64,000 bases of DNA from Sumerlaeia bacterium (GTDB lineage: Bacteria; Sumerlaeota; Sumerlaeia; SLMS01; JAHLLQ01), in assembly GCA_040219255.1 (NCBI GenBank), contig JAVJSW010000037.1:1-64000 (forward strand). Direction: 5' to 3'. Positions 40,831 through 50,464 of this stretch are shown here, one piece after another. Numbering within the stretch: position 1 is the stretch's first letter; every line of letters starts with the position of its first letter. Below the pieces are notes generated by a model. That model was not told where the DNA came from and searched no databases. It saw only the letters and a program-made list of their open reading frames with translations. A program made the position numbers and the translations under genes.

Positions 40831-42084
40831 ATGGCTAAAGGCGCCTATGGCGTACATTCTACGGTCAGGATTCTCATGCCGATCTGCACGTCCCAACCCC
40901 GTCATCGAGGCGACGACGCCAGCACCTCCACCGCCACCCTCCATTACTACGGCGGGGGTTGGGAGACGCTGGCCGATGTGGGCACCGATTTCACCCCACG
41001 CACCATCTATGTGACCCTCGGCGCCATGGACAGCCAGGTGGCCATGATGGTCAACCAGGGCGAAGACGACTGGGAAACCACCTATTACGTCCGCGATCAC
41101 CTCGGCTCCGTCGTGGCGCTGGTGAACGAATCGGGCCAGATCGTCGAGAGCTACGAATACGCCCCCTATGGCGCGCCGGACGTCTATGATGGTACCGGGT
41201 CCGACATCGGCTCCGCCTCCGCCGCCGGCAACCGCATGCTCTACACCGGCCGCGAATGGGAACCCGCCCTGAGCTTCTATCACTACCGCTACCGCACCTA
41301 CTCGCCCCTCGACCGGCGGTTCATGCAGGGCGACCCGATCGGGCTCGGCGGGGGATGGAATTTCTATGCGTATGTGGGTGGGAATCCGGTGATGAACGCG
41401 GATCCCAGTGGATTGATAATAATAGTTCCTCCTTTTGTGTATGAGAGTGCTATAAAGAAGTTTTCGAGGTTGTTTCGAAACAGATTACAGCCAGTTTACG
41501 AGGAAGTATCTACCTTGGATGCCCGAGGTGTTGAACAATTGTTATTTTGGTTGGCTTTGCGAAAGAATCCAAAGGCATATTGCAATGATACTTATTTGTC
41601 AAACATAGATGTCTTCAATCAAGACCTTGACGTGTTGTTGATCAACGAAGCCAATTGGCTAGAAGAATCCGGGGCCTTCTCGATAGATATAAAAGATGCA
41701 TTCAAATCACTAACAGGGAGAAACTTTCTTCAGGGCACAGAAGGTGTGCTGGGTGGCGTATATCAACTTGGCGGTCCGCACGAATTTTATGCGACAGGCC
41801 GTGCTACTGCAAATGCAAACAGCGTAACTTTTGACTTGACCTATCATTTCATTGACAGAATAGACACAAATCGAGAAGCTGGTGATCTGAATGCTGCTAT
41901 CTTTACTGCACGTGGCAGTGGAGGTTACACAGTTCATTATTACTGGACGGAATCGCGTACCTACGAATTAGGTTCGCTGAAATCACCTCCTCTCAGAAGC
42001 GATTTTGTGAGGGGGAATTCTCCTCAAAATGCTCCTTCTATCGATTTGCCTGCCTATCAGCCCTGGATGCCAATACCGTATTAG
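40831..42084 (+). CDS. Orphan (5'-truncated) Rhs core fragment with C-terminal polymorphic toxin tip
   Basis: YYVRDHLGSV, YEYAPYG, YTGREW, YRYRTYSP..RRFMQGDPIG..GG.NFYAYV.GNPV...DPSG; GC content drops sharply after DPSG (~41410). Confidence 0.85.
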   Translation: MAKGAYGVHSTVRILMPICTSQPRHRGDDASTSTATLHYYGGGWETLADVGTDFTPRTIYVTLGAMDSQVAMMVNQGEDDWETTYYVRDHLGSVVALVNESGQIVESYEYAPYGAPDVYDGTGSDIGSASAAGNRMLYTGREWEPALSFYHYRYRTYSPLDRRFMQGDPIGLGGGWNFYAYVGGNPVMNADPSGLIIIVPPFVYESAIKKFSRLFRNRLQPVYEEVSTLDARGVEQLLFWLALRKNPKAYCNDTYLSNIDVFNQDLDVLLINEANWLEESGAFSIDIKDAFKSLTGRNFLQGTEGVLGGVYQLGGPHEFYATGRATANANSVTFDLTYHFIDRIDTNREAGDLNAAIFTARGSGGYTVHYYWTESRTYELGSLKSPPLRSDFVRGNSPQNAPSIDLPAYQPWMPIPY

Positions 42085-42093
42085 GGCCAAGAT

Positions 42094-42603
42094 ATGTTTC
42101 CGAATTCAGAAAACTTAATTTTCAAGGGTCTCTTGTTGTTAGCAGTTATTCTCTTTTTTTGCTTCATGTCCAGGGGTGGCTTTTTGCATAATAATAGTAA
42201 AAATAAGAATTTGGTTGATCAAGAATTTGAAATTCTACTTGAAGGTATGGTTGGGGAGGAGGTTGCTATTGTTGAACGGCGGACTGGTAGCAGAAGCGGT
42301 AATATCGAGTTGTGCGCCAAGATCAAGATCGACAAGACCTCCTTCGAAAAATTTATTTCACAATCTTTTTATGATGAAAAGGATGTTGTGCTTGTAGAAT
42401 CGGGGAGTTTGGATGAGGCTCAGCAGAATGGCTTGTTTGGAAAGAGACTTGTGTACGATACCATCCCAAGAATGGAATGGTATAATCCGAAAATAGAAGA
42501 TGGAGGGTATGTTGTCTTTGATTGGCAACATGACTATGGCGTCACCTTAGTCTTCAGTGCGGGCGATCATACATTATATGTAAATATTTGGGAGATGGAT
42601 TGA
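42094..42603 (+). CDS. Putative cognate immunity protein with N-terminal membrane anchor
   Basis: Starts 9 nt after the Rhs stop; low GC like the toxin tip; hydrophobic GLLLLAVILFFCF. Confidence 0.7.
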   Translation: MFPNSENLIFKGLLLLAVILFFCFMSRGGFLHNNSKNKNLVDQEFEILLEGMVGEEVAIVERRTGSRSGNIELCAKIKIDKTSFEKFISQSFYDEKDVVLVESGSLDEAQQNGLFGKRLVYDTIPRMEWYNPKIEDGGYVVFDWQHDYGVTLVFSAGDHTLYVNIWEMD

Positions 42604-42633
42604 GAACGGAAAATTACACTCGTTCTACAATTC

Positions 42634-43150
42634 ACACCCCCTCCAGATGCCACCGCATGCGCTGGCTTTCCTGGCCGTCCACGACGATGGTCATCGCCAG
42701 GAGCCACAAATAGCTGAGAGCCATAAGGCCGACGAGGACGGCTCGGCAGAAGATCGGCTGGTGCACGGAGCCAGAGCACGAGGCTGCCGACGATGGCGAG
42801 GGGCAGCAGCACCGCGGGAAACAAACTCGGCCCGGGGACCGGGAAACGGCCACAGTTACCGCAGCCATGGGAGCGTGTTAGAGAGAATGGAGCCTCTTTG
42901 GCGTTTTGGTGGTGAAGATCGGACTCAAGAAAGGTCGCTCTTCTTCGGCTTCCACCGCTGCCACACCGCCCTCCCACCACACCCCGCCATCACCAAAAAC
43001 ACCCCTTCCAGATGCCACCGCATGCGCTGGCTTTCCTGACCGTCCACGAGGATGGTCATTGCCAGGAGCCAGAGATAACTGAGGGCCATGAGGCCGAGGA
43101 CGGCTCGCCGGGGATCGGCCGGCGCGCGGAGCCACAGAACGAGACTGCCG
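42634..43150 (-). pseudogene. Two degenerate direct-repeat copies (~150 bp; 42634-42789 and 42999-43150) of a membrane-protein 3' fragment
   Basis: Both copies contain CCAGATGCCACCGCATGCGCTGGCTTTCCTG.CCGTCCACGA.GATGGTCAT.GCCAGGAGCCA; minus strand encodes ..GLMALSYLWLLAMTI(V/L)VDGQESQRMRWHLEGV in both. Confidence 0.7.
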
Positions 43151-43409
43151 CCACCCCGCGCCCCCGAATGCCTCACTTTCCAAGACTTACCCGCCCCGTT
43201 GTCGTTCTTGTCTGTTTGGTCTGATAAGTGTATTTTGTCTTTCTTGTTCCCGAAGCTCCCCATGAGGGGACAAACGGCGGGGGCTGTGGGAGGCTCATTC
43301 CTGTGACCGATCCCGAATCCCAGGAGTCCCCCTCGTCATGACCGTTTCGACCCCCGCCCCCACCCTGCCGTCCGGCGGCGCCGCGTGGCCCCGCCGTCGC
43401 GGACAGGGG

Positions 43410-44378
43410 CTAGAAGTCCTGCAAGTCCTGCAAATCCTGCAAGTCGTCGGGCGACGGAGGCTCCGCCGCCACTTGGCTGCGCAGCGTCTGGTAGAAGGAG
43501 AAGAGGCTGCTGTCGGCGTCTTCGCCGGCCAGTTCGATGGCTTCCCCGGCCACGATGAAGGGCGGGAATTTGGCCACGGCCTGGCCCTGGAACACCGGCA
43601 GCTCGACGTGGACGCCCAGGTCTTCCATGTGCTCCCACTTCGCGCCCAGGTTCTCCACCACCGTCTGGCCCAGGTAGGCGCCGACCAGCAGTTCCATTTC
43701 CTCTCCGGACTTGTCGCAGAGGTTTTCCCAATCCGATTCCAGCATCCGGTCCAGTTCGGCCAGGCTGCGAGGCGAGTAATCGAGTCCGGGCAGACCGAGT
43801 TCGCCGGCCACCCGGACGCATTCCTGGGCCATGGCCGGCATCGCCGCCATGAACGATTCCGGATCGGCCGCGGGCGCTTCCTCGTTGCCGTCGTAAATGA
43901 GGGAGCCATCGGTCGGGTCGAACTTGCGGATGCCGGGGCCCTGGATCGAATCCAGCCCTTCCTTCTGGGCCTGTTCGAACTTATCGTAGAAGAACGAAAG
44001 GGAGTCTTCCATGCCATTCACGAAACGCTTATGGACGCGATTCATGGGCAGGCTTTTCATCTCCTCGCCCTCCTGGCCCTTGAGGACGATGACGAAGCCG
44101 TAGTCCTGCTCGTAAACCCACTGGCCGCCGAGGTTGCGCACCATGGTTTCGCCGAGGTAGGCCCCCATGCCGAGGATCATCTGCTCGAGCATGGCGGGCG
44201 GTTTCTCGGGCCACATCTCGCTGATGATGCGGTCCAACTCGACCAGGCTTTCGCGGCTGTAATCCAGCTCGACGCCATTGAGCTTGCGCGTCACCGAGAC
44301 GATGCTGTCGGCGGCGGCGGGAAAGGCGGCGATCTGCTCGCGGATTTGCTCGTCGGTCAGGGGTTGGGGGTCGTCCAT
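43410..44378 (-). CDS. Protein with two tandem DUF3806-like domains
   Basis: LDYSRESLVELDRII..GAYLGETMVRNLGGQW repeated as LDYSPRSLAELDRML..GAYLGQTVVENLGAKW; start 44378 or 44384. Confidence 0.65.
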   Translation of the reverse strand: MDDPQPLTDEQIREQIAAFPAAADSIVSVTRKLNGVELDYSRESLVELDRIISEMWPEKPPAMLEQMILGMGAYLGETMVRNLGGQWVYEQDYGFVIVLKGQEGEEMKSLPMNRVHKRFVNGMEDSLSFFYDKFEQAQKEGLDSIQGPGIRKFDPTDGSLIYDGNEEAPAADPESFMAAMPAMAQECVRVAGELGLPGLDYSPRSLAELDRMLESDWENLCDKSGEEMELLVGAYLGQTVVENLGAKWEHMEDLGVHVELPVFQGQAVAKFPPFIVAGEAIELAGEDADSSLFSFYQTLRSQVAAEPPSPDDLQDLQDLQDF

Positions 44379-44414
44379 CTTCAATCCTTCATCGATAGGG
44401 GCGGAGCGCCGGGG

Positions 44415-45278
44415 TTATTCTGTGTTCGAATCCTCAGCGGACTTCTTGCCAAAGAGCCCGCCGATGCTGTCCTTCACGTCTTTGGCGGCGTCTTTCACGC
44501 CTCCGATGGACTCCTTGGCCTGATCGAGCGTCGATTGAGCGCTGGATTTCATATCCGTCAGGCTGCCCTGCATGGCGCTCAGCGCGTCCGTGGGCAGAAG
44601 GCCCTGGCTTTCCATGCCGATCTGACCGGCCACCGTTTCGATCAACACTTCGGCCATTTCTTCGGCGGTCAGGATCCCGTCCTCGCCGCCCAGGTCGGTG
44701 ATTTCAATGTCCTCGATCGGCACGTCGTAGGTTTTGCCGCCAAGGAACGGGATGGCGACGCGGGTGGTGCTGCCTTCCACGACGATTTTCTGCACGCGGA
44801 ACCTGGCGGGTTCTTCGTTCGGGTCCACGGGCTTATTCGGGTCGGAAAGGCGCTGGGCGTTTTCCATCAGCTTCTGCAGGTTCGAACCGCCCTTCTTCTG
44901 TTCGAGGATGATGTCGGCGCCGCTGATTCGGATCAGGCGGATCGTCGGCACTTCGGTGCGCAGCGATTGCACATCGACCTCGGCGCGGATGGTGGCAAAG
45001 GCCATGGCGTGATCGCTTTCGAAGCCCTGCGGGTTCGGGATCACGATGTCGTTGAGCTGAACGGCTTCGTTTTGCAGTTCCAAGCTGGCGCCGCCGACCG
45101 TGGCGGGCACATCGAGGACGTAGGCGGTGCCTTTCTCGGCGCCCTTGCGCAACAGTTCGTCCTTCTGTGTGAAGAAGTAAATGCCGGCGGCCAGCGCCAT
45201 GACGGCGAGGAGAAGGAGCGCGGCGGCTCCGACGATGAGTTTGCCGGCGATGCCGGCCCGCGGGTGTTTGCGAATCAT
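44415..45278 (-). CDS. AsmA-like (DUF748-type) membrane-anchored protein
   Basis: Single N-terminal TM; IPNPQGF, SNLQKL motifs; C-terminal amphipathic SIGGLFGKK; likely start 45278. Confidence 0.7.
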   Translation of the reverse strand: MIRKHPRAGIAGKLIVGAAALLLLAVMALAAGIYFFTQKDELLRKGAEKGTAYVLDVPATVGGASLELQNEAVQLNDIVIPNPQGFESDHAMAFATIRAEVDVQSLRTEVPTIRLIRISGADIILEQKKGGSNLQKLMENAQRLSDPNKPVDPNEEPARFRVQKIVVEGSTTRVAIPFLGGKTYDVPIEDIEITDLGGEDGILTAEEMAEVLIETVAGQIGMESQGLLPTDALSAMQGSLTDMKSSAQSTLDQAKESIGGVKDAAKDVKDSIGGLFGKKSAEDSNTE

Positions 45279-45426
45279 GAGTGGAAAAACTCCGTGAAGT
45301 ACGATCGAGGCGGACCCGCCGCGCGGGGTCTTGACTTGCCCCTCGCCCTTGCCGTCCGGAACGTCAAGGGGAGCATGGCTCATGCCCGCCGCCGCGCCAC
45401 GTCCGAACCATCCGAGGAGAACCCCG

Positions 45427-45825
45427 ATGGCTGTTCCGCCTTTCGAAGAACGCTCAAGAGAAGAGAAAAACGCCGCAATCATGAATGTCGTCGCCACCAT
45501 GGTGGCCGACGGAATCGCCACGACGGAGGAGAAGGTCGTCCTGGACGCCGTCCGGCGCCGCGTCGGCATGTCCGAAGAAGAGCTGAACGAACTGCTCCGC
45601 GACCCGTCGCAAGTGCGCTTCCTCGTGCCCGCTTCGGAAAAGGAAAAGATTCAGCAACTGACCGACATCGTCTTCATGATCGTGGCGGATCAACGCGTCA
45701 AAGACGTCGAGGTCATGCTCGCCACCTCGGTCGCGATCAAGTTCGGCATCAGCCCATCCATCGTGCTCGACATGATCCGCCGCCTGCAACGCGCCCAATC
45801 GCTGTATACCGGCGAGGAAGAGTAG
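45427..45825 (+). CDS. TerB-like (tellurite-resistance fold) protein
   Basis: MVADG.ATTEE and IVAD.RV...E duplicated motifs; GAGGAG RBS before ATG 45427. Confidence 0.75.
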   Translation: MAVPPFEERSREEKNAAIMNVVATMVADGIATTEEKVVLDAVRRRVGMSEEELNELLRDPSQVRFLVPASEKEKIQQLTDIVFMIVADQRVKDVEVMLATSVAIKFGISPSIVLDMIRRLQRAQSLYTGEEE

Positions 45826-45827
45826 GC

Positions 45828-48545
45828 TCAGTAAACCGTCCACCCCGCGTTCTGCGCCGTTGGTTCCTGGGTCAGGAAATCGACTTCGAGCCGCGCTTCG
45901 TCGCCGCTCACGAAGCCGCCGGAGGAAATCCCCACAATGCCGTCCTGGACCGCGATGTCGAGGAAGGCGATGACGACTTCGCCGTCGGCGTGGAGCACGA
46001 TCTGGAAGGTGTTGGCGTTGGATTGGCCGGCTTCGGCCACGGCCTGCCAGGTGATGGCGGCGCGCTGGCTGTCGACGGCGAGGTGGACGCGGCTCGGCGA
46101 GCCCGGCTCCAGGTCGTCGAAGAGGGCGGAAACGCGCCGCAAACGGAAGTGATCCTCCGGCGATTCGGTGCTGTCCTGGTCGCCATCGTCGAAGGTCAAG
46201 TAGCCGTTCGTGGCGACGAAAATTTCGCGGTTGATGTCCGCCCCGAAGGGAAACAGGAAACTGCCGTCGGCGCTGAGGAAGCGGCGGAAATCCCAGGAGT
46301 CGCCGCCGGAAAACTCGAAGGTCTCGGAGCCAACCGGTTCGGGCAAAGCGGTGATCGGTTCGATGGTGTAGGTGAACCCGCGTTCGGCCTCTTCGTCCGG
46401 GGTGAAGGTGATCTGGTGGAATGCGAGATCGAAGGGATCGTCCGGGGTGAATCGCTCGAAATAGCCAGTCGAGCCGGGCAGCGGGGCGTTGGCGGAACCG
46501 AAGGTGCGGGCCTGGGGCTGCCAGTCGGCGGGGCCATCGGTGTCGGCGGCGCCGGCCACCCGGCCCACGGAGTAGGACGGCAGCATCGCGACCGAGGCAC
46601 CGCTCCAGGCCGATGCGTCGGCCGGCGTCACATTCGAACCGCCCCAACGCATGAAATCCACGGTGGCGCCCTCGTCGTCTTGCAGCAGCGCGGCGCCGGG
46701 AAAGGCCGGGAACCAGTCGATGAAAAAGCCCGTCTCGAGTTGGCCCGGGCCGGTGGCGAAATCGCGCTCGGTGATCGTCAGAAACCCATCGGCCGGAATC
46801 GTCGTGCCGGCGGGCAGGGTATAGGAGGGCTCTTCATTGTCGTTCAAGTCCCACATTCTCAGCACCCAATTGCCCACATCGACGGGCTGGCCGGTGCGGT
46901 TGGCCAGTTCGACCTGCGAGGGGTTGTTGGCGCTGACTTCGTTGATGACGATGGCGGGACCGGAGGTGGTGGTGGCTTCGAAGCAATCGCCCCCATCCGT
47001 GCCGGTGGCGAGGTTCCCCGCGAGGTCCGTGGCGCGGACAAAGAAGTGATAGGTGGTGGCTGGCTCGAGCCCCGAGACGGTCAGGGAATGGGCGGTGCCC
47101 GAGTCCGGGCTGCCCACGTTGCCCTGGAAGAGCGGACAAACGGTTCCGAATTGCAGGTTTGGCGTGGCGGTCTCGCTGGTGTCGAAGGTCACGGTGAAGA
47201 AGTTCTTTCCGGCTTCCGCGACCTGTACGTTCGAGATGGCGGGCGGAGCGCAATCGATGCCCGCGGTGGCGGTGGTTTCGACGGGCTCGGCGCCGCCCTC
47301 GTTCGAATAGGAGATGGTCAGGATGTCGCTGTCGGCGACTTGGAGCTGCGGGCCTTGCGGCGCCGCGCCGGTCAGCTCCAGCGTGCCCATGAAGCGGCCG
47401 GGGCTCGTCTCGGCCAGGGGCAGCTGGACACTGTTGGCGGGCGAGGTCTGAGCGATCACGGCGGCGCTGCCGGCGCCGGAGAGAGCGCTGTCGATCAGGG
47501 TGATCTGGACCGAACCCTCGCAATTGTAGACCTGCGCGTCCAGGCTCAGGAAGGCCCCCGCGGCGCCGGCGAATCGGAAATCCGCCACCAGCGGCAGGTG
47601 ATCCGCCGTTCGGTCCGGCGTGGTGTCGTCGAAGTTCAACCCCAAGGCCTGCAAGACGGAGTTGGGCATGGTGAGGGTATTGAAGACGAAGCTGGTGGGG
47701 ATCTCGACCGCGCTGTCGGTGTAGAAGAAGCGGTCGAGCCGGCTGGTGGGGTTGGAAGAGCTGCTGCGCCAGGTGTCCGTGTCGCCGGTGAAGGGATCGG
47801 CGGGCATCAGGTCCGTCAGGTCGCTGCCGTCCCAATCGCCCTTGATGTCGGGGCCAAAGGTCGTTTCGTCCTGAATGTCGCCGGTGACGAGCGTCGTGGC
47901 GGGGGAGAAGCTGCTGGGTCCGCCGACCAGATTGAAATCGCCCAGGGTCACCATCGGCGTGTTGGCCGGCAGATCGAGGAACCCGCCGGACGTGCGGGCG
48001 TCGCCGAACCAGGAGGCGATGGCGTCGGCGGCGCGCTGGCGGCGGGCCTGCTCGGTGCCGTCGGAATTGCAGCACTTCAGGTGGACGCCGCCGAGGTAGA
48101 GGTCCTGGGCGTAAATGCTGTCCGGCAGGTCCACGAGGGCGAGCGTGACGCCTCGGGTGTCGGACTCGGGGATGGTATCGGTGCGCCGCATGGTCAGGGG
48201 CCAGCGCGCCATGACGACGTTGTAGATGCCGCCGAATTCGCCGAAATGAACGGACCAGCTCGAGCCGTCGCCGTTGGGCAGGAGGCTGTTCAGCCGGGTC
48301 TGGAATTCCACGTCCTGGATGCCATCGACCACTTCCTGCATGACAATGATGTCGGGCTGGATGGACTGGAGGACGCGGGCGAAGGCATCGTCGGTGGCGG
48401 GTTCGGCGATGAAATTGCGCTCGGTGTTGTAGGACAGGACGCGCACGTCCGCCGGATCGGCCTTTCCATAGTCGCCGCTGGCGGGATCGAAGGCGGCGGC
48501 GGCCGTGGCAAGCGACAGTGTGAGGGCGAGAAGGGGGAAGCGCAT
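45828..48545 (-). CDS. Secreted endonuclease/exonuclease/phosphatase (EEP) with FN3-like, lamin-tail and nidogen-like domains
   Basis: Signal peptide; VLSYN, DIIVMQE, HLKCC, GDFN, RLDRFFY, ADHLP; SGLEPATTYHF (FN3); VINEV (LTD); VATNGYLTF..NTFQIVL (NIDO-like); ends AGWTVY. Confidence 0.85.
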   Translation of the reverse strand: MRFPLLALTLSLATAAAAFDPASGDYGKADPADVRVLSYNTERNFIAEPATDDAFARVLQSIQPDIIVMQEVVDGIQDVEFQTRLNSLLPNGDGSSWSVHFGEFGGIYNVVMARWPLTMRRTDTIPESDTRGVTLALVDLPDSIYAQDLYLGGVHLKCCNSDGTEQARRQRAADAIASWFGDARTSGGFLDLPANTPMVTLGDFNLVGGPSSFSPATTLVTGDIQDETTFGPDIKGDWDGSDLTDLMPADPFTGDTDTWRSSSSNPTSRLDRFFYTDSAVEIPTSFVFNTLTMPNSVLQALGLNFDDTTPDRTADHLPLVADFRFAGAAGAFLSLDAQVYNCEGSVQITLIDSALSGAGSAAVIAQTSPANSVQLPLAETSPGRFMGTLELTGAAPQGPQLQVADSDILTISYSNEGGAEPVETTATAGIDCAPPAISNVQVAEAGKNFFTVTFDTSETATPNLQFGTVCPLFQGNVGSPDSGTAHSLTVSGLEPATTYHFFVRATDLAGNLATGTDGGDCFEATTTSGPAIVINEVSANNPSQVELANRTGQPVDVGNWVLRMWDLNDNEEPSYTLPAGTTIPADGFLTITERDFATGPGQLETGFFIDWFPAFPGAALLQDDEGATVDFMRWGGSNVTPADASAWSGASVAMLPSYSVGRVAGAADTDGPADWQPQARTFGSANAPLPGSTGYFERFTPDDPFDLAFHQITFTPDEEAERGFTYTIEPITALPEPVGSETFEFSGGDSWDFRRFLSADGSFLFPFGADINREIFVATNGYLTFDDGDQDSTESPEDHFRLRRVSALFDDLEPGSPSRVHLAVDSQRAAITWQAVAEAGQSNANTFQIVLHADGEVVIAFLDIAVQDGIVGISSGGFVSGDEARLEVDFLTQEPTAQNAGWTVY

Positions 48546-48805
48546 GGGAGGCGGGATCCGGTCGGGAGGTGTCTCCGCTGGGCGAAGCGTTCAGTATGGC
48601 GATGAAGTAATGGTGAGCAAGCGGCTTTTCTTCTGGAGCGGGCGGAAAGCACCGGGAGAAAGCGCCGGGCCCGGACGCGTCTCCTTGACTCACCGAACTG
48701 GCAGGCGCCAGATGGAACACAAAATCAGAGGGATTTTTGAACCGGGCCGATCGGGCGCCGCAACCTCAAGGCGTCATCGGCACCAACACCTGGAAAGAAC
48801 AGACC

Positions 48806-49243
48806 GTGAGAACCTTTCCCGATCACATCGCGGAAGTTCGAGAAGAAGAACGGGGCTTCGCCGCCTCGGTGCACCTCTTGAACCTGATTCCTTTCTGGGG
48901 GATTTTCTTCGCCGTCGGCGTCTGGCTCTACTTCAAGGAGCGAAGCCGGCCGGTGGTTTTCCACGCACAGCAGGCCATCCTCTTCCAGTCCGTTTTCCTG
49001 GCGGCCTCCTTCGTGTGGCTGCTGGGTGAAATGCTGCTGAAGATCGTGATGGTGTTGAACCCCGACCTGGCGCTTTTCCTTTCCAAGTCCAACTTCATCC
49101 TCTTGATCGTGTGCTACGGATTCTACGCGCTGTTGTGCGTGATCGGGACCTTTGGAACCTTGATGGGACGGTCATTCTTGTACCCGCTTATCGGGCGCCG
49201 CGTTCTGGAAGGCGCTCTGAGCAAACCGGTCGCTCGCGACTGA
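48806..49243 (+). CDS. DUF4870-like membrane protein
   Basis: VVFHAQQAILFQ and G..F.YPLIG motifs; 3 TM; likely GTG start 48806. Confidence 0.7.
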   Translation: MRTFPDHIAEVREEERGFAASVHLLNLIPFWGIFFAVGVWLYFKERSRPVVFHAQQAILFQSVFLAASFVWLLGEMLLKIVMVLNPDLALFLSKSNFILLIVCYGFYALLCVIGTFGTLMGRSFLYPLIGRRVLEGALSKPVARD

Positions 49244-49279
49244 ACCCATTCCCAAACCCAGCCGGAGGCTTGGTCGAAC

Positions 49280-50332
49280 ATGGCAACTTCCCCCACCGAA
49301 TACGCCAAAAAAGGCATCAATGCGCTGATCGAGCGCATGCAGGAATACCTCGACCTGCGCTACGCGCAATTCAGCCGGGTCAACCCGCGGATCGAGGGCG
49401 TGTGGCCCGACCTCGCGTGGCAGTCCCTGCAGCAACTCCGCCAGACCTACGAAAACACCAAAGCCTGGGGGCCCAATCGGTTCTGCGTGGGCGCCATCCT
49501 CGTCTCCGACGATCTGGTGAAAATCCGCGACCTCTTCAGCGTGAACCACCAGAGTTCCATCATGGCGGAAGTCATCGAGCGCGACGACCCCAACGCCAAG
49601 GGCAAGGACGCCAGCGAAGTCAACGACATGCGCAGCCTCTACACGTCGCTCGAACCGTCCGTCTCCGGTGTCGTCTCCCTGATCCAGTTCTGCATGTGGT
49701 GGGATATGGAGGACGCGGTGGACCTGACGCGGTTCGATTTCAAGATGGAGTCGCTGGGCCGCCTGCGCCGGGGGCAACTGCCAGAGGGGGCCGCCGCCGA
49801 GTACCACCGCCGCATGCACCGCAGGGAAGAGGAACCCCATCCCACGGTCGAGGAAATCGTGAAACACGAGGTCGATCAAGTCCGCCGCATCGTGGAGCGA
49901 TTCACCGAACGGCGTGCCAACGAACCGGGCTTCAAAATGATTATCGCGCGCCGCAAGTCCTCCGCCGCCGATCAACTCGACCGGTTGATCGGCATCATCG
50001 CCCGCGAGCAAGTGCTGCTGACGAATCTGGAAGCGGGCAAGGAGGTGGACGAAGGGCTCAAAGCCCAGTTCGCCAAGGCGCTTCAGGTGTCGGTGGACGC
50101 TCTGGATGCGAAAATGGAGCGGGACTACCTGCAGCGCATGGTGACCGATCACAAGCGGCAGTTGCGCTCGACCATGACCGATCAGGCGGGTGGCATCCCC
50201 TACAACTTCAAAGAGGCGCAGGCGGAGGTGATCCGCGACAAGTACAAGGTTCTGATGAAGCAATTGACGGGCGAGGACAGCCGCGAAAGTCAGGAAAAGT
50301 TGTCGCTCCAAAGTCCGAATTCAGACGTCTAA
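49280..50332 (+). CDS. Hypothetical cytoplasmic alpha-helical protein
   Basis: 350-aa ORF with GGAGG RBS and host-like codon usage; no motif recognised. Confidence 0.7.
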   Translation: MATSPTEYAKKGINALIERMQEYLDLRYAQFSRVNPRIEGVWPDLAWQSLQQLRQTYENTKAWGPNRFCVGAILVSDDLVKIRDLFSVNHQSSIMAEVIERDDPNAKGKDASEVNDMRSLYTSLEPSVSGVVSLIQFCMWWDMEDAVDLTRFDFKMESLGRLRRGQLPEGAAAEYHRRMHRREEEPHPTVEEIVKHEVDQVRRIVERFTERRANEPGFKMIIARRKSSAADQLDRLIGIIAREQVLLTNLEAGKEVDEGLKAQFAKALQVSVDALDAKMERDYLQRMVTDHKRQLRSTMTDQAGGIPYNFKEAQAEVIRDKYKVLMKQLTGEDSRESQEKLSLQSPNSDV

Positions 50333-50464
50333 GTTTCGGTTCTTCCAAAAATCCCGGTGATTCCCCTTGCTTGTCCGGCGTCTTTCTTCTATTATCCAAA
50401 CATGACAGAAGACCGCCCCGGAGTAAGCGACTCGCGCAAGAAATCACCGAGAGGAGGAAGACCG

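Noticed and set aside
40831-42084. Rhs fragment as the TcC partner of the TcA-like protein
   Set aside because: It lies 34 kb away, is truncated, has no TcB (SpvB) gene, and is followed by an immunity-like gene as in antibacterial Rhs modules.
43338-48605. 1755-aa plus-strand ORF
   Set aside because: It is the antisense shadow of well-supported minus-strand genes (DUF3806-like, AsmA-like, EEP nuclease) and overlaps TerB out of frame. This is typical of high-GC DNA and it has no motifs.
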